From assembly GCA_966112615.1 (NCBI GenBank), contig CBHWDO010000012.1, positions 22,004 through 86,003 of the forward strand: a stretch of 64,000 nt of DNA. Direction: 5' to 3'. The notes below the pieces were generated by a model that searched no databases, was not told the DNA's origin, and worked only from the letters and a program-made list of their open reading frames with translations. Positions 44,209 to 53,578 of the stretch are shown here, piece after piece. Source of the DNA: an uncultured bacterium. Lineage in GTDB: Bacteria; Bacteroidota; Bacteroidia; Chitinophagales; Chitinophagaceae. The translations under genes were made by a program, and so were the position numbers. The stretch's first letter is position 1, and the number at the start of each line of letters is the position of its first letter.

Positions 44209-45684
44209 TTACATTTCATTTCCTACTCCACCGAAAGTGTAGAATGGCATTTTGTGCAGGATCAGTTCATTCGCTGGAACAGGGAAATGAAACAGTGTTC
44301 CTGGCCTTAGTTCTCCTCTTCTTCTGCGATCGAAATAACCCAAATGCGCATGAACGAAATCTGTTTCTACATAACGCTCATAGAAGATTGCATCAAGTAA
44401 TGCTTCTTTCGATTCATTACCTGTCAATGCAGCAAGATTTCCATTTGTAACCCTGGTCTTGTTCACCAATTCAGCTATTTCAGTTCCTGCTTTTCCTGAT
44501 CGCGCAGCAGCCTCCGCCATCAGCAGATCATTCTCAGCCTTTAGAAAATGCGGGAAGAACCCTGAATTGTTATTCGCAACATTTTCATACCGCACATACT
44601 TGTATTCACTCAGCATGTTGTATCCTCTCGTGTTTGGATTCCATCCTGTATGTCTTCCAACATATTGGAAGTAGGTTGTCAGTCTTTTATCAGGAGAAGT
44701 TACCGGACCTAAAGAAGCCACTCCATCAGGCCATGGATATTGTGCATTCGGATCATTCGGAGCCATCATATTGATCACGCGCTGGTGAACCCTCATCCAG
44801 TCCCAGGCCATTAATTGCAGGTGATTGAGAAAATCCCTGGAGATTACTTTTCCAACCCAACCATCTTTCCATTGGATTCCCCAATCTGACTGCAATCCTT
44901 CTTTTGTATAATCATACACCCGGTTCCAGTTAACCTGGTCGGACTGTGCAGGAGTTCTTGGTGAACATGCCAGGATCCTTGCTGCCATTGAGCTTGCGAA
45001 TGCTTTTAGTGTCTGGTTAGTAAACGTCATTCCAGGAACCATTTCAACAGGATCGGTGAACTGTGCATTGGATGCGATCGCAATGCCTTTATCGATTGAA
45101 CTCAAAGCAAACTCTACAATTTCATTGTATCCTTTCAATTCATAAGAATAGTTTTCGAAATTGGTATTCTCATCAACGATGAACGCCTTATCATAAAACA
45201 ATCCCAGGTGACCATACAGTATTCCCTGCAATACATAGGCATTTGCCAGTACGCTGTTGGTATGATCCGTATTTCCGATCACGACTTTCTTTCCATCGGT
45301 TGTCAGTGCTTTGATGATCCTGTTCACATTTGGAATGGCACTGTAGTATCCATACCATGCAGCTGCAGGGGGCGACAATACCACATCATCCATCAGATCA
45401 TTGGGTACTGATGCTCTTGGAACTTTGTAGTAATCAAAGGAGCTCCAGCTTCCATATCCTGAAGTGATCACTTCAGCATTGGTCAGTGCAAAGGTTGGAG
45501 ATGGCGATACACTTGTATTCCAGAAGCTATTGTATGCGCCACTTAATATTGAAGGATAGGTTTCTGTTGCTGCCATTACAGTCTCACTGTCGGGCGCATT
45601 CTCATTCACCACATCCAGGTCGCTGATCTTTTCGCATCCACTTAATGCGAAAAGAAATATCAAACTATATATTAATTTCTTCAT
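44209..45684 (-). CDS. SusD/RagB-family lipoprotein
   Basis: It has a lipoprotein signal (FALSGC) and lies directly downstream of a SusC gene (gap 9 nt). Confidence 0.88.
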   Translation of the reverse strand: MKKLIYSLIFLFALSGCEKISDLDVVNENAPDSETVMAATETYPSILSGAYNSFWNTSVSPSPTFALTNAEVITSGYGSWSSFDYYKVPRASVPNDLMDDVVLSPPAAAWYGYYSAIPNVNRIIKALTTDGKKVVIGNTDHTNSVLANAYVLQGILYGHLGLFYDKAFIVDENTNFENYSYELKGYNEIVEFALSSIDKGIAIASNAQFTDPVEMVPGMTFTNQTLKAFASSMAARILACSPRTPAQSDQVNWNRVYDYTKEGLQSDWGIQWKDGWVGKVISRDFLNHLQLMAWDWMRVHQRVINMMAPNDPNAQYPWPDGVASLGPVTSPDKRLTTYFQYVGRHTGWNPNTRGYNMLSEYKYVRYENVANNNSGFFPHFLKAENDLLMAEAAARSGKAGTEIAELVNKTRVTNGNLAALTGNESKEALLDAIFYERYVETDFVHAHLGYFDRRRRGELRPGTLFHFPVPANELILHKMPFYTFGGVGNEM

Positions 45685-45693
45685 GATGATTAA

Positions 45694-48600
45694 TTAAAAG
45701 GTGATCGCAATGTTTCCACTGAGTGTTCTGTAAACAGGATAAGTGTGCACGTCAAACTTCAGGATGTTTGAATCAACACCTTCCTGGTTGCTGCCGGTTT
45801 CAGGACTGTATCCTGTGTATTTTGTCAGCATGAAAAGATTTCTTCCCACGAAACCAATTCTTACATTGGTAAGATTGATATTTCCAAACTTCACATTCCT
45901 GAAATCATAGTTCAATCCCAATTCACGCAGTGAAAGGAAATCTGCATCTTCCACGAAAAATTCGTTGTTCCACTCTTTCAACTTCACATAGTAACGCTCA
46001 GGCTTTCTTTGCTCGTAAGGTTTACCTGACTGGTCAGTTTCCGCACTTGCAGTAGTATATCTTCTTGTATGATTATAGGTTTGACCTCCATTCTGCCATG
46101 CCAGCAGGAAATAAAGATTCAATCCCTTGATCGTAAAGTTTGATGTGAAGTTCAAGTTGAAATTAGGATTCACATTCCCGATATAACTGTTGAGTGGTTG
46201 TCCCTTTGAATCAGTGATATACACCGGCTCTTCCTGTGGAGTTCCGATCTGTGTAGTACGTACTACATATCCTTCATTGTTTACCACGAAAAGATCCTGG
46301 ACATTTTGTCCTGCAGGTACCTGGTTCATCACATCATCCAGGCTTCTTGCCCATTTGCGGCCATACAGTGTTCCGAAGTTCAGACCTTCTTCGATTCTGA
46401 AGATCCCTGCAGATACGATCGCGTAACCTGACCTGTTCAGCTTCGAAACTTTTTGCCTGCTCCTGTCGAAAGTGAATCCAACATCCCAGGTAAGATCTTT
46501 TTTCTCCAACACAGTACCTCTCAAGGTAAATTCAAGTGAATTTGTTTTGATCTCTGCAGCATTCTGGTACTGGTAAGCAGCACCCGTAATAGCAGAAACA
46601 GGAACCGGAAGGATCAGGTCTTTACTAACACCATTTGCATAGGTTGAAGTGAATGACCAGCGCTTTGCGAACTGGATATCCAATCCCACTTCAAATTCTT
46701 CATTTACTGAAGGCCTGAGTTTTTTATTACCCAAGGTAGATTGTGAACCAATGCTTCCATTCACAAGGGTGAAAGTTTCATATTGAGCTTCGAATGGCGG
46801 ACGAAGACCAGCAGTACCGTAAGCAGCACGCAGCTTCATATCGCTGATTCCAGGGATCTTGAAATCCTGTGTCATTCTCCATGCAGCAGCAACACGATAG
46901 AATGTGCTCCAGCGCGCATCGGATCCAAACAATGACACACCATCTCTTCTTACCAGGGCATCAACAATGTACTTGTCTTTATAATCTGTATTGATCGATG
47001 CAGAATAGTTATCCGCGATCACCTGTGATTTGTAAGAACTTCCATACTGCTTCTCAGCCTGCGAAATATTAGTGATGTTCATACCAAGCACTGCAAGATT
47101 CTGCCCGGTAGCACTTACATTCTCATATTCTGAGGCTTCATGCAAATATTGAACTTTGAACCTGGTATTGAAGTCACCGAAGTTTCTTGTATGTCCTGCA
47201 TCAAACTGGATTGTTTGTGCAGTGGTAGTGGATGCATTTTTCGAAATGGATCCATTGTCGGTAAGATTCGGATCACTCACTCTTAATTTTCCTTTTGGAG
47301 AAATAAATAATGAGTTACTGAAGATATTATCCAAACCATAAGACAAAGAAAGATTGGTATTCTTCACCGGCTCATACTGCAAACTGTAATTACCAAGAAA
47401 ACGCTGGCGTTCCAGTTCGCTTCTTGAGTTTGCAATATCATACAGCGGATTACCAATCAATGCATTGATCTTATTTGGATTTACTATATAGGGAGAGCCA
47501 TTAACATTTTTGGCAAGCAGATCTGCATTGGGATCGCTTTGCATTAGATTGCTCCAAACACCTGAACCCCTGTTATCGATCTTTGTTTTTGCATAAAGAT
47601 TGGAGGTGGAGAATTTCAGGTTATTCGTGATCTTGTAATCGAGGTTCACTTTTACGTTGGTACGCTGTTGACCGTTGGTCATTTCAACGACACCAGCTTC
47701 TTTGGTTGTTTGAACCGAACTGTACATCGAAGCTTTTCCATCTGCACTCTTACCTGCAAAGGATAAATAGTTAGTGAAGTATTGTCCGGGCCTGAAGAAT
47801 TGCTTCGCCTGGTCGCGAACCACCGGGAATTTATTATCAATTAAACCATCCGGTGCGGGCTTTGAATAATCCACTTCACCATTTTCCACCAGGTAATTTG
47901 TTGCAGTAGATCTTTCCGGAACATAACCAACAAAGCTTCTTCCATATTCAGAACGGAAGTTTACTACAGTTTTTCCTGATGCAAGTTGCTGTCCTCTTTT
48001 AGTGATGATATTGATTACACCGTTTGCAGCTCTTGATCCATACAAGGAAGAACCCGCAGCACCTTTTACTACTTCAATTGATGCAATATCTTCCGCATTA
48101 AGATCCTGTAGGTTTCCTTCAGTCAATACTCCATCAATAATGATCAATGGATTGTTTGATCCGAAGATCTGTTTGGCTGCCCTTAACTGAATATTGGTAC
48201 CCGATCCAGGATCGCCCGACCTGTTCAATCTTAATCCTGAAACCTTACCCTGCAATACTCCTGCTGCATCCGTTGCCGGAACATTCTTAAATGCTTTCTC
48301 ATTGATCTTCTCTACAGAGAAAGGAACTTTCTTTTGAGATGTTGCGGAAGAAACACCGGTTACCACAACATCTTCCATTACTCTCACATCATTCTCAAGC
48401 TGAATGGCAGTGGTCGTTCCGGGTTGTGCAGTAATTTCTACTGAACGAAAACCAACAGAGCTGACCTCCAAGGTAACAGGTACGGAAGAAGAAGTATTGA
48501 GCTGGAAATTTCCCTGCTCATCAGATACAGTACTGTTGTTACTGTTCTTAATGGTGATGGTTGCACCCTGCACAGGATTATTGTTACTCCTGTCAGTAAT

Positions 48601-48699
48601 TTTTCCTTTGATCACTCCCTGCTGCGCCATCAATAAGGAAGATGACAATAGCATTATAATGACCATCGTAAGCAATCGAATAGTTGTTTTGTACCTCAT
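45694..48699 (-). CDS. SusC/RagA-family TonB-dependent transporter
   Basis: It has a signal peptide, a CarboxypepD_reg-like domain (IKGKITDRSNNNPVQGATITIKNS), a plug domain, a barrel and a C-terminal ...NIAITF. Confidence 0.92.
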   Translation of the reverse strand: MRYKTTIRLLTMVIIMLLSSSLLMAQQGVIKGKITDRSNNNPVQGATITIKNSNNSTVSDEQGNFQLNTSSSVPVTLEVSSVGFRSVEITAQPGTTTAIQLENDVRVMEDVVVTGVSSATSQKKVPFSVEKINEKAFKNVPATDAAGVLQGKVSGLRLNRSGDPGSGTNIQLRAAKQIFGSNNPLIIIDGVLTEGNLQDLNAEDIASIEVVKGAAGSSLYGSRAANGVINIITKRGQQLASGKTVVNFRSEYGRSFVGYVPERSTATNYLVENGEVDYSKPAPDGLIDNKFPVVRDQAKQFFRPGQYFTNYLSFAGKSADGKASMYSSVQTTKEAGVVEMTNGQQRTNVKVNLDYKITNNLKFSTSNLYAKTKIDNRGSGVWSNLMQSDPNADLLAKNVNGSPYIVNPNKINALIGNPLYDIANSRSELERQRFLGNYSLQYEPVKNTNLSLSYGLDNIFSNSLFISPKGKLRVSDPNLTDNGSISKNASTTTAQTIQFDAGHTRNFGDFNTRFKVQYLHEASEYENVSATGQNLAVLGMNITNISQAEKQYGSSYKSQVIADNYSASINTDYKDKYIVDALVRRDGVSLFGSDARWSTFYRVAAAWRMTQDFKIPGISDMKLRAAYGTAGLRPPFEAQYETFTLVNGSIGSQSTLGNKKLRPSVNEEFEVGLDIQFAKRWSFTSTYANGVSKDLILPVPVSAITGAAYQYQNAAEIKTNSLEFTLRGTVLEKKDLTWDVGFTFDRSRQKVSKLNRSGYAIVSAGIFRIEEGLNFGTLYGRKWARSLDDVMNQVPAGQNVQDLFVVNNEGYVVRTTQIGTPQEEPVYITDSKGQPLNSYIGNVNPNFNLNFTSNFTIKGLNLYFLLAWQNGGQTYNHTRRYTTASAETDQSGKPYEQRKPERYYVKLKEWNNEFFVEDADFLSLRELGLNYDFRNVKFGNINLTNVRIGFVGRNLFMLTKYTGYSPETGSNQEGVDSNILKFDVHTYPVYRTLSGNIAITF

Positions 48700-48805
48700 A
48701 AAGAAGTTTTGGTTTGATAGTCCTATGAATAATAGATGGCGATTAAAAGTAATTAGCTCCTGCGTTCAAATGCAGTATTTACGAGGATTTCAGGCCATAT
48801 CAAAC

Positions 48806-48831
48806 CGATAACGTTACCGGAAACGTTATCG
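48806..48831. promoter_or_regulatory. Candidate LacI operator (CGATAACGTTACCGGAAACGTTATCG)
   Basis: This is a 26-bp palindrome with two symmetric mismatches and a central CCGG. It lies about 107 bp upstream of the SusC start at 48699. The same core recurs at 49916-49941. Confidence 0.55.
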
Positions 48832-48887
48832 AAAAAAACAATATGATAAGATGAAGAGAATAAACAGGTTTAATGTGTATCAACTAC

Positions 48888-49898
48888 CTATTTGCTGGAA
48901 TTTCTTTTGATAAGTTTAGTGCGCAGTTTATATGTCTGCAAGGAAGATTTTTGCGAATTGATCTCATCGATCAAAATACCCATAGCGAGTTTACCGACTT
49001 CATATCCTGGTTGCATCACGGTACTCAATGTTGGTTCAACATAACGGCTGACAGGATCATCATTGAAGCCAACCACTTTCACCTGCTCAGGGACTTTAAT
49101 ATTTTTTCCCTGTAAAAATTTTATAGCGATGATAGCAGAAAGGTCATTGATACAAAAGATGCCATCAATGTTTTCATTGGTCGACCAGATCTTTTTCACA
49201 GCCCTTAATGCATCGTCCTCAAATGCATTGCTTGGAACGATAAGAGATGGATCGATATCAAGATTATATTTCTTCAATGCATCATTATAACCATTCAGGC
49301 GGTTAACAGATACGGAAAGATCCGCTGGCCCGGCAAGATGCGCGATCTTTTTACATCCTTTCTTAATAAGATGTTCCACTGCATTGAAAGCACCTTCATA
49401 TTCATCAACGATCACTTTGGTGCAGGAGAATTCAGGAATGATCCTGTCGTACATCACAATAGGGACGCCCTTTTCACGGATCTTATCGAGCTCTTCAAGG
49501 TTTGCAGAACCTTTAGAAACAGAGATCAGTAATCCATCAACATTTGTTGAGATAAGTTTCTTGATGCCGGCCATTTCTTCCTTTGCATTTTCATTGCTTT
49601 GGCAGAACATCACATGGTATTTATGTTGATTGGCAGCATCGGTCATGCCGCTGAGTGCCTGTGAAAAATAATTGGAATGAATGGCAGGAACGATCACACC
49701 GATTACTTTGGTTTGTTTCCTGACAAGACTTTGCGCGATGTAGTTAGGTTCATAATTAAGTTCTGCTGCAAGCTTCAATACTGCTTCTCTTGTTTCGGGG
49801 TTTATATCCGGAGCATTGCGTAATGCTCTTGAGACTGTAGATACAGAAACGTTTAGTGCCTTAGCCAGATCCTTAATGGTTACCTGTTCGATTCGCAT
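48888..49898 (-). CDS. LacI-family transcriptional regulator
   Basis: The N-terminal HTH is VTIKDLAKALNVSVSTVSRALRN, followed by a sugar-binding core. Confidence 0.9.
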   Translation of the reverse strand: MRIEQVTIKDLAKALNVSVSTVSRALRNAPDINPETREAVLKLAAELNYEPNYIAQSLVRKQTKVIGVIVPAIHSNYFSQALSGMTDAANQHKYHVMFCQSNENAKEEMAGIKKLISTNVDGLLISVSKGSANLEELDKIREKGVPIVMYDRIIPEFSCTKVIVDEYEGAFNAVEHLIKKGCKKIAHLAGPADLSVSVNRLNGYNDALKKYNLDIDPSLIVPSNAFEDDALRAVKKIWSTNENIDGIFCINDLSAIIAIKFLQGKNIKVPEQVKVVGFNDDPVSRYVEPTLSTVMQPGYEVGKLAMGILIDEINSQKSSLQTYKLRTKLIKRNSSK

Positions 49899-49915
49899 AT
49901 CCGTTTATTTACTTC

Positions 49916-49941
49916 GAGAACGTTTCCGGTAACGTTATTTT
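49916..49941. promoter_or_regulatory. Second copy of the AACGTT-N6-AACGTT operator
   Basis: gagAACGTTTCCGGTAACGTTAtttt is the reverse-complement core of the 48806 site. It lies about 20 bp upstream of the LacI start and about 120 bp upstream of the divergent gene at 50060. Confidence 0.55.
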
Positions 49942-50059
49942 GAAATTATCCCTGTCAAAATGCAAGTGCTATATCTAATGTTATAGCTTAGAACGGCAAT
50001 ATACAAATTCACCTAACCTTTCGGGCAGAATACCTCTTCCTGAAATCAATTTCTTTTTT

Positions 50060-52078
50060 ATGGTTCGAGCGAAAAAAATGCTGCTGGGAATCTCCCTGTC
50101 GCTAATGTCACTTGCAGCTGTTGCACACAATTCTGCAGATACTACCAAAACTAATTACCTGCAAAACAGAATGCCGCTAATTTCCAAGCCTTACCTGGAA
50201 CTTCCTATTGGAGCCATCAAGCCAAAAGGATGGATGCTGGAACAGCTGTTAAGGATGAAGAAAGGTATGGCAGGACAGCTTGATCAGCTCTATCCTTCAG
50301 TTCTTGGAAAAAGAAACGGATGGCTTGGCGGTGATGGTGATGTTTGGGAAAGAGGTCCATACTGGTTAGATGGACTGGTTCCGTTAGCATATATCCTTGA
50401 TGATAAAGAATTGCAGGCAAAGGCTCAGACCTGGATTGAATGGTCGCTCAACAACCAGATGGCCGATGGATATTTCGGTCCAATTCCTCCTGAAAAAGAA
50501 CCTTCTCCTGAACCCGGTTTGCAGCGTGACCGTGCGCGCGACTGGTGGCCAAAGATGGTGATGCTGAAAGTACTTCAACAGTATTATAATGCAACACAGG
50601 ATAAGCGCGTGATCGATTTGATGTTGAAATATTCAAGGTACCAGTTAAAGACATTGCCAAACACTCCCCTTGGACATTACTCCTGGTGGGGATCGCAGAG
50701 AGGTGGTGATAACCTGCTGGTGGTGTACTGGCTCTATAACCTTACAGGAGAAAGATTCTTACTTGATCTTGCAAATACCATTCATAAACAATCTTACGAT
50801 TGGACAGGAACATTTTTATACACTGATCTATTGCAGGGTGATTATAAATTTCATGGTGTGAACCTCGCGCAGGGAATAAAGGAACCGGTGATTTATTACC
50901 AGCAAAATAAGGATCAGAAGCAGGTGGATGCAGTGAAGAGAGCATTCCAGATGATACAGGCTTACCAGGGACAGGCACAGGGAATGTATGGAGCAGATGA
51001 ACTTACAAGAGGTAATGATCCGGTGCAGGGTTCAGAATTATGTTCTGCAACGGAATTGATGTATTCGATTGAAAACATGATGGCGATCACAGGTGATGTT
51101 GCGATGATGGATCATTTGGAGAAGATAGCATACAATGCATTGCCAACACAGATCGATGATGAATACATGAACAGGCAGTATTACCAGCAGGCAAACCAGG
51201 TGATGGTATCAAGACATCATAGGAATTTTGTTACAGCCTATGATGGAACAGATCAGTGTTTTGGTTTACTGACTGGCTTCCCATGTTGTACAACCAATAT
51301 GCACCAGGGCTGGCCGAAATATGTTCAGAGTTTATGGTTTGCTACAGAAGACAATGGGGTGGCGGCTTTGATGTATTCATCATCTGAAGTAAATGTAAAA
51401 GTTGCGAATGGAACAGAAGTGAAATTCATTGAAGAAACAGAGTATCCATTTGAAGACAATATTAAGTTTACGTATAAAGGAAAGAACAACATGGTGTTTC
51501 CTTTTCATGTAAGAATACCTGCATGGTGTGAGCAGGGGATCATTAAAGTCAATGGAGAAGAATGGATGAAACCAAAGGGCAACCAGGTCGTGAAGATGAA
51601 TCGCAAGTGGACTAACAATGATGTAATTGAACTCGTGTTACCAATGAAGGTATCATTGAGCAGGTGGTTCAATAATTCTGTGGCGGTAGACAGAGGTCCA
51701 CTGGTGTATGCGCTTCAAATCAAAGAAGATTGGAAGAACGTTCCTGCAACAGATCGATATGGAAGTTACAAGGAAGTAAGGCCGTTGACTCCATGGAATT
51801 ATGGTCTTGCGGAATCAACCTTGAAGAATATCGATAGTTCTTTTGTTGTGAAGAAGAAAAAGATCAATTCAAATTATCCATGGAACCCGGAGAGTAACCC
51901 GATCGAGATTCATACCCGCGGAAAAGTGATTCCAGAATGGACGCTGTACAATGAAACTGCAGGACCGATACCATACAGTACAATCAATTATTTGAAAGAT
52001 GCACCGGAAGTGAATATTGTGCTGGTGCCTTATGGAACTTCGACGCTGAGGATAGCGCAGTTCCCGGTGGTGAAATAG
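50060..52078 (+). CDS. GH127-like (DUF1680) beta-L-arabinofuranosidase-family protein, divergent paralog
   Basis: It has a signal peptide. E-x-C (SELCSA) and CC (GFPCCTTNMHQGWPK) motifs sit in positions equivalent to those of the 39010 gene. Confidence 0.75.
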   Translation: MVRAKKMLLGISLSLMSLAAVAHNSADTTKTNYLQNRMPLISKPYLELPIGAIKPKGWMLEQLLRMKKGMAGQLDQLYPSVLGKRNGWLGGDGDVWERGPYWLDGLVPLAYILDDKELQAKAQTWIEWSLNNQMADGYFGPIPPEKEPSPEPGLQRDRARDWWPKMVMLKVLQQYYNATQDKRVIDLMLKYSRYQLKTLPNTPLGHYSWWGSQRGGDNLLVVYWLYNLTGERFLLDLANTIHKQSYDWTGTFLYTDLLQGDYKFHGVNLAQGIKEPVIYYQQNKDQKQVDAVKRAFQMIQAYQGQAQGMYGADELTRGNDPVQGSELCSATELMYSIENMMAITGDVAMMDHLEKIAYNALPTQIDDEYMNRQYYQQANQVMVSRHHRNFVTAYDGTDQCFGLLTGFPCCTTNMHQGWPKYVQSLWFATEDNGVAALMYSSSEVNVKVANGTEVKFIEETEYPFEDNIKFTYKGKNNMVFPFHVRIPAWCEQGIIKVNGEEWMKPKGNQVVKMNRKWTNNDVIELVLPMKVSLSRWFNNSVAVDRGPLVYALQIKEDWKNVPATDRYGSYKEVRPLTPWNYGLAESTLKNIDSSFVVKKKKINSNYPWNPESNPIEIHTRGKVIPEWTLYNETAGPIPYSTINYLKDAPEVNIVLVPYGTSTLRIAQFPVVK

Positions 52079-52237
52079 CGGGCTGACAAAACGCTGAAGG
52101 CGGTTTGGCTGAACGCACCAGGCTGAACAGATGCCGAAGGCAGCTGGGCTGACTGGAGGTCCAGTCAGCCCAACCAGCTTCGCTGATTGTTCAGCCTAGT
52201 GCGTTCAGCCCAATTGCTTCGCAATCGGTCAGCCCGC
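52078..52237. repeat. 160-bp composite palindrome made of two inverted ~78-bp repeat units (GGCTGAAC-box family)
   Basis: The left arm reads gcgggctgac..ggctgaacgcac..ggctgaaca..gggctgactgg. The right arm is its reverse complement (ccagtcagccc..tgttcagcc..gtgcgttcagcc..gtcagcccgc). The boxes are separated by cGAAg mini-hairpins. It fills the gap between convergent genes. Confidence 0.9.
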
Positions 52238-53536
52238 ATCTCCCTTCCCTGGCCTGTCTTCACGGTCCTCCTTCCCTACTCCCGGCCGGATGATCAGCCT
52301 CAGCGTTGGGTCATTGGTGATAAAAGAGAAGAACCAGCTAAATGCAAGCTCTACTTTGCTTCTGAAACCAATCAGCGGAATTACGTGAATGAACAGCCAG
52401 ATGAACCACGCGATAAATCCTTTCAATGAGAATTTCGGAAGATCCGCTACTGCATTGTATTTCGAGATGATCGCCATGCTTCCTTTATCGTTGTAAACAA
52501 AAGGCTTCATGGTACCACCTCCTGCCAATGATTTAAAATTCTTTGATAAGAGAGCACCCTGCTGAATCGCCACCTGTGCTACCTGCGGATGCCCGTTAGG
52601 GAATTTTGAATCAGTTGTTTGCAAACAGAGATCTCCTAATGCGTATATATTTTGATAACCTTGCACACGGTTAACTTCATCTACCAATACCCTTCTGCCT
52701 CGGCCAATCACCTCTTTCGGTAACCCAGGAACTTCGCGGGCAATTACCCCGGAAGCCCAGATCAGTGAACAGGTTTCAATCGTATTTCCATCAGCCATCA
52801 TCACTTTCCCATCAACATAATCTTTCACGGCAGTATTGAGAATGATCTTGACGCCAAGCTTTGTCAACACTTCTGTTGCTTCCTGTTGCGCCTTCTTACT
52901 CATCGGTGCAAGCAATACCGGCCCCGCATCGATCAGGTAAATATGCGATCCGAAATCCGGGATCTCAGGGTACTCTTTTCTTGCAATGTTATGACCCAGC
53001 TCTGCAAGCATACCGGCCAGTTCAACGCCTGTTGGACCACCTCCGGCAATCACAATATTCAGCAACCTGTCGCGCTCTGCCTTATCTTTTGCGCGTGTTG
53101 CCTTCTCCATATTCATCAATAAATTATTCCGAAGATTGAGCGCTTCATCTATGGTCTTCATCGGCCAGGAACGCTCTTTCACGTTCTGCATACCGAAGAA
53201 ATTTGATTCAGTTCCCAACCCCAATACAAGATGATCATATTGCAAAACACCGGTATCAGTCTCGATTGTATTGGATTCTGGATTTACCTTCAACAGTGTG
53301 CCCATATGAAACCTGAGGTTATCTTTCTCCTGGAATAATCTCCTGAAAGGATAGCTGATACTGGATGGTTCAATGAATGCTGTTGAAACCTGGTATAACA
53401 ATGGCGGAAAAAAGTGATAGTTGTTTTTATCAACCATCGTGATATGAAAGCGTTTGTCTTTTGCTAACGACTTAACTAAATTGATCCCTGCAAAACCTCC
53501 CCCAACAACTACGATCCTGATTGCATTATTTGCCAT
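52229..53536 (-). CDS. ndh: Type II NADH:quinone oxidoreductase (NDH-2)
   Basis: It has two dinucleotide-binding motifs (VVVGGGFAGI, IAGGGPTGVELAG) and typical NDH-2 length and blocks. Its last codons and stop lie inside the repeat element. Confidence 0.88.
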   Translation of the reverse strand: MANNAIRIVVVGGGFAGINLVKSLAKDKRFHITMVDKNNYHFFPPLLYQVSTAFIEPSSISYPFRRLFQEKDNLRFHMGTLLKVNPESNTIETDTGVLQYDHLVLGLGTESNFFGMQNVKERSWPMKTIDEALNLRNNLLMNMEKATRAKDKAERDRLLNIVIAGGGPTGVELAGMLAELGHNIARKEYPEIPDFGSHIYLIDAGPVLLAPMSKKAQQEATEVLTKLGVKIILNTAVKDYVDGKVMMADGNTIETCSLIWASGVIAREVPGLPKEVIGRGRRVLVDEVNRVQGYQNIYALGDLCLQTTDSKFPNGHPQVAQVAIQQGALLSKNFKSLAGGGTMKPFVYNDKGSMAIISKYNAVADLPKFSLKGFIAWFIWLFIHVIPLIGFRSKVELAFSWFFSFITNDPTLRLIIRPGVGKEDREDRPGKGDAG

Positions 53537-53578
53537 AGTAGTTATTTAATTACTTTAAGTTACCATACAATGGAAATA

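Noticed and set aside
52078-52237. The possibility that the repeated GGCTGAAC boxes are a CRISPR array.
   Set aside because: The boxes are only 9-12 bp long, spacers are 3-19 bp, the whole is a palindrome rather than direct repeats, and no cas genes are present.
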